From contig OX597821.1 in the NCBI GenBank assembly GCA_951406725.2, forward strand, positions 79,670,001-79,734,000: 64,000 nucleotides of DNA. Reading direction: 5' to 3'. Positions within the stretch are counted from its first letter, which is position 1. Each line of letters opens with the position of its first letter. A program made the position numbers and the translations under genes. The stretch comes from Octopus vulgaris (Eukaryota). Positions 1 through 13,561 of the stretch are shown one piece after another. Under the pieces are notes generated by a model. The model had not been told where the DNA came from. It saw only the letters and a program-made list of their open reading frames with translations, and searched no databases.

Positions 1-144
1 ACACACATGCATGTATTCACACTGATATATACACAAATATCCATTAGAGAGAAAGACAGTTACATATAGAAACACATACATACACATATAGCGTGTGTAT
101 GTCAACACGCATGCACACACACGCACGCGCACACACGCAAAAAC

Positions 145-280
145 TGTTTTCTCTCTTCTTTCTGCAAAAGGGCGTAGGCTCGAAACGTTAAGACTTCTTC
201 CATTTTTCCTGAGCGTTAAACTAATACACTCTGTTTGCTGTTCTTTCACCTGTCTCCGATTTTTTTTGTATATTTTTGAA
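145..280 (+). mobile_element. Short dispersed repeat with degenerate minimal hammerhead-like motif (GAGCGTAGGCTC family)
   Basis: tctt-t-CTGCAAA-A-GGGC gtag GCTC-GAAAC-GTT-aaga at ~157-194. The downstream 'gagcgttaaactaatacac...cacctgtct' recurs at 5570-5725, 13562-13750(-) and 63112-63190(-). Confidence 0.6.
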
Positions 281-650
281 CCATATATTTATATACACTC
301 ACGTAGACAAACACATATTCACTCTCGCTTTTATAGGGAAATAATTACTGGAGAGAAATGCACATGTATCGCATGTGTGGAAAAACACGCATATACGCTC
401 ACACATGCACATATATACATACATATATTCGAAATACATAAATGTGTCCTGAAGAATGATATATACGCACAACCACAGACATGCAAATATACATACATAC
501 ATACATACATACATACATACATACATACATACATACCTAATACAATATACACCAGAAGGAGACGCACAAACACCGTATAGCTGAAAATATACACTCTTGT
601 TTAGACAAACACCTATTCACACACACTTGTACACTCACGTGTACCCATGT

Positions 651-687
<37 letters not shown>

Positions 688-935
688 CATGCACACACAA
701 CAGACATACATATGTGCATACTTACCTACCTACTTACCAACCTACCTACCTACCTACCTACCTACCTACCTACCTACCTACCTACCTACCTACCTACCTA
801 CCTACATACATACATACATGCATATATACATATGTGCTGGATAGAGATAAACAAAGTTATCATATGCATGGAAATATACACACATTCACATGTATAAACA
901 TGTGTACCTCCACTGATATATTCACAGATGTTTAC

Positions 936-1026
<91 letters not shown>

Positions 1027-1095
1027 ATATATATATATGTATATTTATATATGGATATATATTTATATATATATATGTGTATATATATATGTATG

Positions 1096-1152
<57 letters not shown>

Positions 1153-1626
1153 TAATGTTTACTGGAAGGTAACATACACACACATCTCATGTCTACAATC
1201 TTTCATACACTCACATATTTAAACACATGTACTCGCACTCCTATGTAATTACTTTCATACATACACGCACACATAAATACTTCGCTTAGAAACAAAGACC
1301 CTCCTTCGCTGCTTATCAATTTTCACTTCGTTAAGAACTAATGCCAATTTCAGCAATTTCAATATACATCTATACTAATATCTTAGTGTTTGTGCATTGT
1401 TTAAACGGCATCCAGTAACGGGGCTCTGGTTTGGTCGTCACAAAATTTTGATGAGCTTCTATTGTTCCTAGGTTTACTGTCAGGGCTCTAGTTATGGTTT
1501 GATTAGCATGTCACGGAACTGTCTCAGAGAAAAGGTCACTCGCAAACACCCCAACGGACCCAGGAGAGATGAGGCTCTTCAGCTCTTTTAACTGTCCATG
1601 TAAGAGATGGTAACTTCATACAAATA

Positions 1627-1832
1627 CAGTAATCCTTCGACTATCGCAGGTGTTACGTTCCAAAACCTCCCACAGAAATGATTAAAATCTAAAAAAATAT
1701 AAATGCTTATCGGCCGCAGAAACCCGCGACATACTGAGGAGTTCGCGATATGAATTTACATATATTAGTCAAAATAATCCACGATGTACTGAGTGCGCGA
1801 TAGGTGAACGGCTATATGACGAGGGATTACTG
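1627..1832. mobile_element. MITE, pogo/Tigger-like
   Basis: TA|cagtaatccttcg ... cgagggattactg|TA terminal inverted repeats with TA flanks; non-coding interior. Confidence 0.75.
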
Positions 1833-2011
1833 TACTGGGCTTGAGAGACACTTGTTGCGCCGCAGCAATAGAAGTTGGAAGGACGAGAGAGCGGAACTGG
1901 TTTTGCACAAACTGCGCTCACTGCAGGTTGTTCAGCAAACCAAAATACCAAACACCATTACACTTTGTCCAAAAGTCCAGACGACCCGACAAAATATTGA
2001 CCTAAGAACAT

Positions 2012-2306
2012 TGTGTAGCTGTGGTTTGCTGAGCCATCATTCGCCGAGGGATCGCGGGTTCGAATCTCAGACCGGGCGATGTGTGTGTTTATGAGCGAAA
2101 CACCTAAGCTCGACGCGGCTCCGGCAGTGGGTAATGGCGAACTTCTGCTGACTCTTTCGCCACAACTTTCTCTCAATGTTTCCTCCTGCATCTTGCATCT
2201 CACCTGCGACGGACCTGCGTCCCGTCCAAGTAGGGAACCTATACGCTAGGGAAACCGGGAAACCGGCCCTTATGAGCCAGGCGTGGCTCGAGAAGGAACA
2301 AACAAT
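2012..2306 (+). mobile_element. tRNA-derived SINE (family B)
   Basis: B-box-like gggttcgaatctc, then 'accgggcgatgtgtgtgtttatgagcgaaacacctaagctc'. Homologous to 14688, 27525, 41665 and 54257. Confidence 0.75.
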
Positions 2307-2899
2307 GTAATTTGGCTGATAATTCTGGCAGTTATGGTTCTGTGGTTAAGAAGTTCGCTCCGCAATCATGTTGTTTTAGGTTCGAACACGGGACACCGTG
2401 ATTGCGAAGCGAACTTCTTAACCATTTGAACATAGTGTATCTACACATACGCGCGCGCATGTGCTAGTTCGTAATAACAAAAGTTTTACTAAGCTAAATA
2501 AAGAACTGTTTACGTTTGGAAGTCGAGTATCTGATTTTTATTTCTAAAGATGCTTTTGAGATTCGTTTCAACCACCATTTGAAAGTGATTTTGAGTGGTG
2601 GCTGATACTTATTTCAACCCCGAAAAAAAAAAGTTTAAAAAAGGAAAGAAAAAAATAGACCTGAAAATAGTGGGAATTGGGAGTTTGGAAGTGACGGGGA
2701 GTAAAAGTTGAAAATAAGGCCGTTACCCTTCCTTTTTAGCTTGAATTCTATAACCGTCGCTTTTAGTTTTAAACTCTTTGGATAAAAATTGAAGACAAAT
2801 AGAAGGATTATAAAATTGAAGATAAATAGAAAAGTTTGAATTAGAGGAAATTTTTATTAAGTTTAGGTTTGAGGAAATTTGTATAAATATTTAAATCGA

Positions 2900-3450
2900 T
2901 TAAATGTATCTAAAATAGCGTGTGTGTGAATAACTTCCTAGAGCTTAACGTTAAAAACCAATTCGTTTAAAGTATGCGATGGTTAGAGGCAAAACTGTGT
3001 GGATTATAATATTTAGATAAGGTAATGAAAAAATTTTCACGTTATGGATAACATAATAATATTATTAAATTTGTTAGGTCTAGTTAGAAGTGGGAGAAAA
3101 GGATTAGGAAAAAAAGCAACAATAACGAATGGAAACCAAAAATAAGAAAAAGAAACTTGTTATCGTAGTTAAGCATACAATGTTATACCTTGTAAAAAAA
3201 AGTAGAATTAGTTTAAATAATTATATTAAACTAGGAAAGTAAAATATAGTCTAAGAAAATATATTGGAAGAGCTGAAGGTGCTTTGAGTGGAAGGAATGT
3301 TATTTAATTAGCTTTGGTATAGAGAAAGATAGAACCACTGACCGTATATAATAAGTATTCGTTAAACTGTAAGGGAAAGAGAAATATCTTTAGATGTTAA
3401 ATGAATATTATTAAATTAATTTTGCTTATCTTAGGGTAAAGGGAGAACAA
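2900..3450 (+). pseudogene. Highly decayed Penelope-like element RT-linker/GIY-YIG remnant
   Basis: Frameshifted motifs resembling 'NVKTN', 'RKYIGRAEG..SGR' and 'SFGIEK..T....KY', in the same order as in the clearer remnant at 17500-18200. Confidence 0.35.
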
Positions 3451-4281
3451 AATAGAGTTGAAGACCAAATATTAATATAGGTGCAAGCATAGTTAAGTGG
3501 TTAAGAAGCTCGCTTTGCACCTATATGCACGAGAGCATGGGCAAATGTCTTTTAATATAGGTCCTGGCCAACCAATGCCTTGTGAGAGAATTTGGTAGAC
3601 GGAAACGGGAAGCCAGTCGTGTGGGCGTGCACGTACGATTATATATATGTTTGTGTGTGTGTGTGTTCCGCCACCGCTTGACAACTTGTCGGTTTATTTA
3701 TACCTCCGCAACTTGGCGGTTCGGTAAAAGAGTACGATAAAATAACTACAAGTCTTAAAAAAATAAATAAAATGGACTTTTTTCTGTTTGACTGCACTTG
3801 TGGAAATTCTCAAGTTTAGGGAACATTTTTAAATCTGTTGTATTGATGTACTTTTCTACGCTGAATCTCAGGAGATAATTCACTTTTTCCAGAAATTTAA
3901 AAGAAAAAAAAAAAATGTTGCAGAGGTTTGATAATTTTTACGCGGTCAGAAAACAGGAGTTGAAAGCTGTCATTTTCTGCGTGATTGCACGTGTTGTCAA
4001 CTGTAAACGAATGAAATATTGGCGGAACTTTGCTTTACGCACGCTATATAACCTCTCATAACTCTTTATTTTTGGGAATTATCAAAAAGTTTTTGCGAAT
4101 TTGTGTTCTATGCACGGGAATTCATAGGATTATGCAACCCAACCCCACCAAAAAAATTTGGTGCGTGATTTAAGGCCTGTTTTGCTATTATATTTCGTAC
4201 ATCTCAATGTATACAGTGAGTTTCTTTGCCCTGGGTGTTGGAGAAACACTCTGTAAGAAATGGAAACAAAATTGAAAGACG

Positions 4282-4372
<91 letters not shown>

Positions 4373-4375
<3 letters not shown>

Positions 4376-4541
4376 TCCTTTCTACTGAAGGCACAAGGCC
4401 TGAAATTTGTTAGGAGGGGACTCGTCGATTACATCGACCCCAGTACGCAACTGGTACTTAATTTATCGACCCCGAAAGGATGAAAGGCAAAGTTGACCTC
4501 GGGCGAAATACTGCTAAGCATTTAGTCCAGCGTGCTAACGA
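4373..4541 (-). mobile_element. SINE fragment (family C)
   Basis: 'ctggtacttaatttatcgaccccgaaaggatgaaaggcaaag' shared with 32860, 48195 and 60505-61118; flanked by (TAA)n. Confidence 0.7.
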
Positions 4542-4542
4542 A

Positions 4543-4589
<47 letters not shown>

Positions 4590-5280
4590 TATTATTATTA
4601 ATAATAATAATAATAATAACAACATACGAACTTGCATATCTATCTATCTATCCAAACCCCCCCCCCACTCACACTAACAAATTAACGCATGAATTATGGT
4701 TTCTTCTTCCCTTTCCACTACGACAGTCTTGGAGATACTTCAAGTTCATTGGGTACCGTCTTTCCTGCTCCAACTTAGCCATAACAAAAATACATATTGT
4801 TTTTTTAATTATTCAAAAGCAGCAGATCCCACAGTCTGCTGGCATCAATGTGGTTAATGTTTTTTAATGCTTTTTACTTACCGCATAATTATTTCTAGTT
4901 AGCCTTTTTAATGTTCAAATATGCATCAAATATGTTAACACTAGCTTAACGTTTGTTTTTCGTGCTGGTAGCGTCTTTGAGTTGTTTACTCTCTAAACAT
5001 TTCTCTGTTTCTAGCTAGTGTAGTTTGTGATTTTTCTTAACACTACTTCAGCAATTATGGCAAAATCAGTGCTTCGCTGATGAGGTTACAAAAAGACCGA
5101 AACAACTAAACATTTATCTCCAGTGCTTACCGCAATAATTACAAAAATATTAGCCACCGACATATTGTTTCTTTCTCCTCACCACATAATTATTTAATGT
5201 TCCTTGCATTAAATATTTTAACGCTATCTTGACTACTATTTTTCATGCGGATGGAGAGTATGTGTGTGTGTGTATATATA

Positions 5281-5353
<73 letters not shown>

Positions 5354-5569
5354 GAATATATATATAAATATATATATATACAATTATATATTTATATATA
5401 TACATATACATATATTTATATACATATACATACATATATATATATTTATACACACACACACACACGAACAGACATATATGCATGTACATGCAGACAATAA
5501 ATATGTGTGTATAATATATGACTGTATATATATATATGCATGCTTGATCGCTAAATCCACACGTCTTTT

Positions 5570-5721
5570 ATTCTCTCTCTGTTTATTTTCTCTTATTCCA
5601 TTTTGTTTAAGAGCCTAGGCTCGGAACGTGAAAGACCTTCTCACCTTCCCGAGCGTCAAACTAATACACCTGCTTGTTGTTCATGCACCTGTCTTCGTCT
5701 TTTGTTTTTTTGTAAATTTCA

Positions 5722-5725
<4 letters not shown>
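5570..5725 (+). mobile_element. GAGCGTAGGCTC-family repeat copy (degenerate hammerhead-like)
   Basis: 'aagagcctaggctcggaacgtgaaagac...gagcgtcaaactaatacacctg...cctgtcttcgtcttttg' matches 145-280 and 13562-13750(-). Confidence 0.65.
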
Positions 5726-5754
<29 letters not shown>

Positions 5755-5802
5755 CTATCTATCTATATATATATATATATATATACACATAACTGTATAT
5801 TC

Positions 5803-6120
5803 ATCATCATCATCATCATCGTTTAACGTCCGTTTACCATGCTGGCATGGGTTGGACGGTTTAACTGAGGTCTGGTAAGCCAGGAGGCAGCACCAGGCCC
5901 CAATCTCATCTGGCAGTGTTTCTACAGTTGGATGTCCTTCCTAACGCCAACCACTCCGAGAGTGTGGTGGGTGCTTTTTACGTGCCACCGGAACAGGAGC
6001 CAGACGTGGCAAGGGGGCTGGCATCGACCACGTTCGGATGGTACTTTTTATGTGCCACTGGCACGGGAGCCAGTCTACGGCGCTGACATTGGCCATGTTG
6101 GGATGGTGCTTTTTAAAGTT
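5803..6120. mobile_element. Dispersed repeat with (CAT)n end and internal 'tttacgtgccacc' subrepeats
   Basis: 'ccatgctggcatgggttggacgg...ggatgtccttcctaacgccaaccact'; a degenerate second copy lies at ~23815-24020. Confidence 0.6.
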
Positions 6121-6259
6121 TCGTAGAATCGTCACTCGTACCTAACTCCTCATACTTTGGTCGCCTAAACATGGAAGCAAATCAAAATATTAAATCTTAA
6201 CATGTGTACACCTACCAAATAAATGTGTTGAATGCCTCTTTCTTTCGTTTGCCCACTCA

Positions 6260-6339
<80 letters not shown>

Positions 6340-6365
6340 GGTTTGGTGATGATGTACAGGCATTA

Positions 6366-6662
6366 TATATTAGAAGAAATGAACTACTCACAAACCCGGA
6401 TGGTTTTATATATTTACAGATATTTATTAGTATGTTACATGTTTTTATACATCATATATCATATATCATATAGTAGCGCTTTCGTCCATTCTAGTGGAGT
6501 CTTCAAATTGAACTCAATTTGAAGACTCCACTAGAATGGACGAAAGCGCTATATATATATATGATATATGATATATGATGTATAAAAACATGTAACATAC
6601 TAATAAATATCTGTAAATATAAAACCATCCGGGTTTCTGAGTACCTCATTTCTTCTAATATA
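6366..6662. repeat. ~297-bp fold-back palindrome between (TA)n tracts, hammerhead-like motif on each arm
   Basis: 6366-6511 is the reverse complement of 6514-6662, with a 2-nt loop. Right arm reads TTGAAGA-CTCCA ctagaa TGGAC-GAAA-GCGC-TA (6519-6551). Confidence 0.9.
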
Positions 6663-6664
6663 AG

Positions 6665-6696
<32 letters not shown>

Positions 6697-6889
6697 TATA
6701 TACACGGTCACACACACATTCATGTATATAGGTGTCAAAATTGTGATGATATTTGGCCGATAACAGACGAAGGAAAGGGCATGTCAGCTTCCAATGTATG
6801 TGTTTTTCCGCATGATTCTTTGTTGTCTGTTTCTGTCTTCTGTCTCTCCGTCTCTCTCTCTCTCTCCCCCGCTCTCTCTCTCCCCCCCG

Positions 6890-6921
<32 letters not shown>

Positions 6922-6941
6922 GTATATATATATATAGATAT

Positions 6942-6978
<37 letters not shown>

Positions 6979-7782
6979 GAGAGAGATGGAGAGATGGAGA
7001 GCGAGAAAGATGGATTGCATTACGTATAATTTACTAAAATAGTAGGGTAGTGGGAAGAGTTGTGGTTGCGTTGTGTACGTAAACTTTGGTGGAGTGCTGA
7101 AAGGAAATAAATCTATCATGTGTTTAAGAAATGGAAGCTAAATAGGGATAAGTGGACACGGTTGTCGTAGAATGGAGGCTTTTGATACAAAAACACACCA
7201 AGTTGGTGGTCGTCGTTAGATCTGATGCTTATTTCATCATCTCTTGTTTCTGTTTTAAGTCAGTAGACAAACAAACATACATACACAAAGAAGGGGAGTG
7301 AATGGGTCTATGTGTGTGTGTGTGTGTGTGTGTCTGTATGTGTGCCTGTGAATATACAGAAACGTATACATATATCTTTTCCAGTTCAAATATATATATA
7401 TGTGTTTTTTTGTGTACGCACACGCACACATACACACACGCACACACACATACACACACGCACACACACATACACACACGCACACGTATATGCATACATG
7501 AACTAGAAAGTGGTTTTGTAATGACTACCAGAACGCTTGCAGTTCCAGTTTTTATTTCATGTGTTAGTCTGTAGACAAACACACACGTCTGTCTATTTTA
7601 TCTGTCTGTTTGTCTGTCTGCCTGTCTGTCATTTATGTGTTAATATATATCATGCACACACACATATGCATACACACACACGTACACACGCACACACACA
7701 GACACACTCTTATACTCACACATGTGTATATTATACAAACACGCAAAAGCCACTCTCTCTCCTTTCTCTCTCTCTATATATT

Positions 7783-7823
<41 letters not shown>

Positions 7824-7889
7824 GTATGTATATATATTTACAAATATCTGTTTATACACACACGCAAACGTACATATGTTTAAGTGCCA

Positions 7890-8815
7890 ACTGTAGAAAC
7901 CTCGAAGAAGATCATCAGTTTTTTGAGGAGGTGGCTTCGCTTACCAGGGAACCTAAGCAATATCGCTCTGTACGGATCAACCAACACCTTTCTGCAGCCA
8001 CTGTGAAAGGCTCGTAGTGTTAGGAACAAGGAAAGCTGTGAAGTATACAGGTTCCAAGGGCACCAAAGTAGCAGAAGCTGGCATTGAAGTTTGCAGAGGT
8101 AGAAAGGGGAGTGCTGCCAGAGAGTTGTTTGGTACTGGTGGTGATTGAGCATTCAAGCTTGGGCTAATTTTTAGTCTACCAGATTGGAAGCAGCAAAGAA
8201 AAAGCGCCACATCTCCAAGAAGAATTCCGTGAAGGCGTAGAAGAAGCACAGGCTGGCGGGATGATGGAACTCAGCCAACAAGGAGCCTGGACAAGGTAGG
8301 CCAACATACAGCAGCAGAACATCACTTGGTTAGATCTGTGTCATACAGACATTGAGCGCATCAAATTTCTGATCCAGGTTGTCTTCGGCAATTTATCAAG
8401 TCCGATAAACATTTACACATGGGATAAGAGCGAAATCCTCCTGTCCCTCGTGTACTGAAAGAGTGCTCCTTCAATATTTCCTCAGCAGCTGTCACAGAGC
8501 CATGACCAATGTCCGTTACAGCTGGTGACATGAACACGTACAATTAAAGTTCCTAGAGCACAACGTCTTTCCGCTCAGACTTAGCGGTCTTCTCAAATTT
8601 CACCAAACAGGCGACCATATGGCAACTAACTGAACACCTAAAGAAGGTTCTTGAGTGAAATATATACCTGCCAAATACCTGGAACCAGTAAAACCAGGGC
8701 TAGAAAGCACGTAGCGAAATAATAGAAGTTACTAGCCAGGGTTTTGTTGGGCGTTCACTCTCCAAGGGTCTGACTAAGCTTGGCGTTACTGGTGCAGCTT
8801 AGTAAAGGGCTGCAG
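7890..8815 (+). pseudogene. Non-LTR retrotransposon 3' fragment with CCHC knuckle and restriction-like endonuclease (HERO/NeSL/R2-type)
   Basis: Decayed motifs 'QGAWTR', 'LSSPINIYTW', 'CPSC...FLSSC', 'RSDLAVFS..TKQATIWQLT' and 'IEVTSQGFVGRSL..LG' resemble RLE-clade C-termini; frameshifts and stops present. Confidence 0.65.
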
Positions 8816-8821
8816 ATTCCG

Positions 8822-9191
8822 GGCGTGGCTGTGTGGTAAGAAGCTTACTTCCCAACCATACGGTTCCGGGTTCAGTCACACTGCACGGCACCTGCTACTA
8901 TAGCCTCGGGTCGACCAAAGCCATGCGAGTGGATTTGGTTGACGGAAACTTAAAGAAGCCTGTCGCATTTATTTATATATATATGTATATATATCTATGT
9001 GTGTGTGTTTTGTGTCTGAGTTTGTCCCCCACTCCCGATTGACAACTGGTTGACGTCACCGTAACTTAGCGGCTCGGCAAAGAGACCGGTAGAATAAGTA
9101 TAGACTTAAAAAAAAAGGCCCTGGGTTTGATTTGTTCGACTAAATCCCTTCAAGGCGGTGCCCTAGACTGAGACAAGTAAAAGATAAAAGA

Positions 9192-9192
<1 letters not shown>
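8822..9192 (+). mobile_element. tRNA-derived SINE (family A)
   Basis: Head 'ggcgtggctgtgtggtaagaagctt...ccgggttcagtc', internal (TA)n, tail 'caagtaaaagataaaaga'. Confidence 0.85.
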
Positions 9193-9263
<71 letters not shown>

Positions 9264-9269
9264 CATACA

Positions 9270-9640
9270 GGTACAGGAGTGGCTGTGGTAAGAAGCTTGC
9301 TTCCCAACCACATGGTTCCGGGTTCAGTTACACCGCACGGCACCTACTACTATAGCCTCGGGCCGACCAATGCCATGCGTGTGGATTTGGTAGATGGAGA
9401 CTGAAAGAAGACTGTCGTATATATATATATATATATTTACATATCTGTATTTGTCCCCCATCATCGCTTGACAACCGATGTTGCTGTGTTTACGTCCCCG
9501 TAACATAGCGGTTCGGCAAAAGAGGCCGATAGAATAAGTGATATTCTTAAGAAGAATAAGTCCTGGGGTCGATTTGTTCGACTAAGGGCTGTGCTCCAGC
9601 ATGGCCGCAGTCAAATTACTGAAAGAACGAAAAGAATAAA
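9270..9640 (+). mobile_element. tRNA-derived SINE (family A)
   Basis: Same head, body and 'ctccagcatggccgcagtc' tail as the other family A copies. Confidence 0.85.
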
Positions 9641-11246
9641 AAAATATATATATATTTATATACATCAAGAACTTTTGTATAGTTTCCTTTTGACAAATTG
9701 CTGGCAAGGTTTTCAAGATATTGGTCAACTTTTTGGCGCTATAGTAGTAGACACGTGCCCAATGTGCCTCGCAGTGGGAATGAACACGGAACCGCGTGTT
9801 TACGAAACGAATTTCTGAATCACGCAGCCATGCTTGTTTTTCTAAAATACTTAATGCGTTTACCAAACATTTTAACAAAATCCTGCCCTCCATTCTGTCC
9901 TGTTCGCTCTTTCCTCCTCCTCCTCCTTTTCACAAATCTCCACCAAATGTACCTCATGTTGATTTCTTAATTCCGGTAGCCTCCACATGTCGACTTAACA
10001 CCAATATCACCCCCACCATCACGAATTTGCCCTCGGCTCGGTGGCGGCGGTGGTGATTCACATTGCTTTTATTCTTAGAAACAGTAAAAGCAAACAACTG
10101 ACTTCATATTGAGAGTATGGACGGGGTGGTATGTCAGGCTCTAAGCGAGTTTGTTGTTGTTGTTGTTGTTTTAACCCCAGGTCGGCCCTGATCAAGCAGA
10201 CTTGTGTTCATTTTACGTTACAGCTGCGACTGATTTGCATTTTTTTGGTATATCAGAAATTGCGTAATCAGTACGTCATTTCTCTAATACAGAAGGCTGC
10301 GATTTGATGTAGATTTGGCTACTATTTCTAAGCTTATATGTATATGCCGTGTCATGCCATGGGCTTTTTAACTCTTTGATGGAGTCGCAAGGGCGTGGTC
10401 GGTTTATACCACGTGTCTAGCTTTTTAGACGTGACGGAACCCATTTCTCGCTAGACCTGGCCACAGTCGATTTCTACCAGAAGGAGAAAGGGAAACAATT
10501 AGAGAAAGGGAATAACTGGTCTCACTACAGCGCTGGCCCTTTATCGATACCGAAAGGATGAAAGCTAAGGGTGACCTTGGTGGGATTTGAATTCGGCGCG
10601 CGAAGAGCCAGAACGATTATTGTAATGTAAATCCATCTCAACGTTCGAATGGCTCTGCCAACTTGATGCCTTAAGCACGCGCGCGCACACACACTCGCAC
10701 AAACTCACACTCACTCATTTTCTCACCCACACTAACACAAACTCACACACACACGCACGCACGCACACACAGAGACACACACACACATGCGGAAAAAGAG
10801 AGAGACAGACAGACAGAGAGAAAGAAAGGAGAGCGAGCTAAGAGAAATAATTCGGAGGGTTCAGCAGCTTAAATTTGATCAACTGAAATGAAGAAAAATA
10901 TACTAAATACCACATAAAAAAAGTATGTCTTATTAAAATTATCTCCGCTTCGAGAGGAGGTAAACTAACACATAGCGGCAATTCCAACAGTCTCTTTGCG
11001 GAATCAGTAATTTTTATGGAATCAACAATTCTATGGAATTAACATGCCATTAAGGAAGAAAAAGTTTGTTTTACCCAAAGATAAAGGAGAACTGTGAACA
11101 CGTTTCTACCTCAAAAGGTGTCATTAGCATAGCAGTTGTCCTACCATCGCTACAATCAGGCATAAGACTCAGGCATATGCCAAATGAGTTGAGAAATAGG
11201 ATTATTTGTATAATTAAGACGAAATAGAACTTAGAGTAATAACTCT

Positions 11247-11283
<37 letters not shown>

Positions 11284-12306
11284 TGTGTGTGTGTGTGTGT
11301 ATGATAAAAAATTTATTGGCGAAAACAAAAGTACCCACTTTCGAATAAAAATTACTCGGCAAATACTCTTAGAAATCATGCTAGTCGCTTTGCACAAAAA
11401 GAAAAAAATCGATATATTAAATAGTGTCGCACTAGCAGTATAGAATAAAATATATGCATCTACAATGATATTTAATACGTTCATGTACACTCGGATGTGG
11501 GAAGACCTTTCGCTGCGCAAACTCTCCATAATAGCAACATGTGGAAACGCATTAGGTTATAAATGACGTCATCGGGTCATGAACCGGATGCATTTCTATG
11601 CCGTTACACATCATCAGCCGCTAATATCGAATAACCTTTCAAAGTTATTTAAAAACAACAAATTTGCTGATGGGCGTAAAACTTGGTCCAGCTGATATTA
11701 GGGAAATACAGTCACAAGAAGCAGCGTTGGATGGAAATATATGCGTGTACAATGGTATTTGACATGTTCGTGCACATGATACGACCATTCGTTGTGGAAA
11801 TAGATTCGGGAGGAGACTCTCCCCATAGATAACCAGTATGAAGACAGATTGGGTAATGATTGACGCGTAACAATGCAGAAAGTCATGCGTCCCACGACGA
11901 CGGCGACGATGACGTCATAGTCGTCGTCTGTCCTGCACATCCGGGTACCTCATGCTTACGAATGACTTCTATTTCATTCTTTCTTTCTTTCGTTCATTCA
12001 TTCATTCATTCATTTCATACTATTTCAGATCAGACACCGTTTATATGTGTGTGTGGTACTGTGTATTTGTGTATTTCTTGTCCTTGCACCATCTGGTAAC
12101 CTTCTTTTTCTTGCCCCACTCTATTTTTGTCCCTATATCCGAAAGAATTCCTTTCACGTCCAGACATTTTCACTAAAAAGTATCCTTCTTTGTAAACACG
12201 ATCTTTTTCACAGCGTATTTCATTTCATTCCACAATCATTTCGTTTCACTTCCTAATCTTTTGTCACTTTAATTATTCGAATTCTTAGTGTTAGGGTCAG
12301 CTCGAC

Positions 12307-12364
<58 letters not shown>

Positions 12365-13159
12365 GTGTGTGTGTGTTTTAAGGCGCAGTTTTTCTTTCCC
12401 AGATTTTCGCCTGAGTTTTTCCATGCTGGATGGGGGTCTGGGGTCTGTCTAACTATTCTCCTCACTCTCCTGCTTCTTACTTCCGTTGGCGTTACGACCT
12501 TGATTGTTATAATAATAGTGTAAGACCACCCCCTCCATCCGAATATCTAGAAACGTGATAGTTACTCTTGAATAGGTTCATTAATAAGGTTACAGCTTGT
12601 GATGACGCCGCCGCCGCCGCCGCTGATGGTGATGATGATGATGAGGATGATGATAATGAGTGTGGTAACGATAATGAATGATGATTTCTTACATAAGCAC
12701 AAGGTCACACGTTTTGGGTGAGGAAGGAATAGTGAATTATATCAACTCTCAACACTTGACTCGTTTCCAAAGAGCATTTACGTCTGACTTTACCAGCTAG
12801 AAATATCAGCTAAAATCCCCTCGAATAATACACTATCGTCTTTTTTTTTGTTGTTAAAAACAGGCATTAGATGATCAAATCCTGGGTATACATTACCCAC
12901 AGTCGTAATTTGAGTACTTGTTATCTTAAATTTACTCGCTCAGAACTGTCCTGAGACTAAACAACAACAACAAAAACAACATCGCAAAAGGATGGAATGA
13001 AAAGTTGTCCATCTCAGGATTTGGACCGAGATCATAAAAAGACCAGTTTTATTTTTTCAATTTACTAATAATCTTCTTTAATGGCTACAAGGGCCCATAC
13101 ATACAATACAAAATCTATACTATAAAAGAAGTCCGTAAGATATGCTGGTATAAGTACAT

Positions 13160-13537
13160 ACTCTTTTACTTGTTTCAGTCAGTTGACTGTAGCCATGCTG
13201 GAGCACCGCCTTTAGTCGAGCAAATCAACCCCAGGACTTATTCTTTGTAAGCCTAGTACTTATTCTATTGGTCTCTTATGCCGAATCGCTAAGTTGCGGG
13301 AACGTAAGCACACCAGCATCGGTTGTCAAGCGATGTTGGGAGACAAACACAGACACACAAACATATACACACACGCACATACATATATATATATATATAC
13401 ACATATATACGACGGGCTTCTCTCAGTTTTCGTCTACTAAATTTACTCACAAGGCTTTGATCGACCCGAGGAGAAGATACTTGCCTAAGGTACCACGCAG
13501 TGGGACTGAACCCAGACACATAGCAACTCCCACGCCT
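13160..13537 (-). mobile_element. tRNA-derived SINE (family A)
   Basis: Reverse complement of family A: 'cttttacttgtttcagtc...ccatgctggagcaccgcctttagtcg...gcagtgggactgaaccc'. Confidence 0.85.
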
Positions 13538-13561
13538 ATATATATATATATATATATATAT

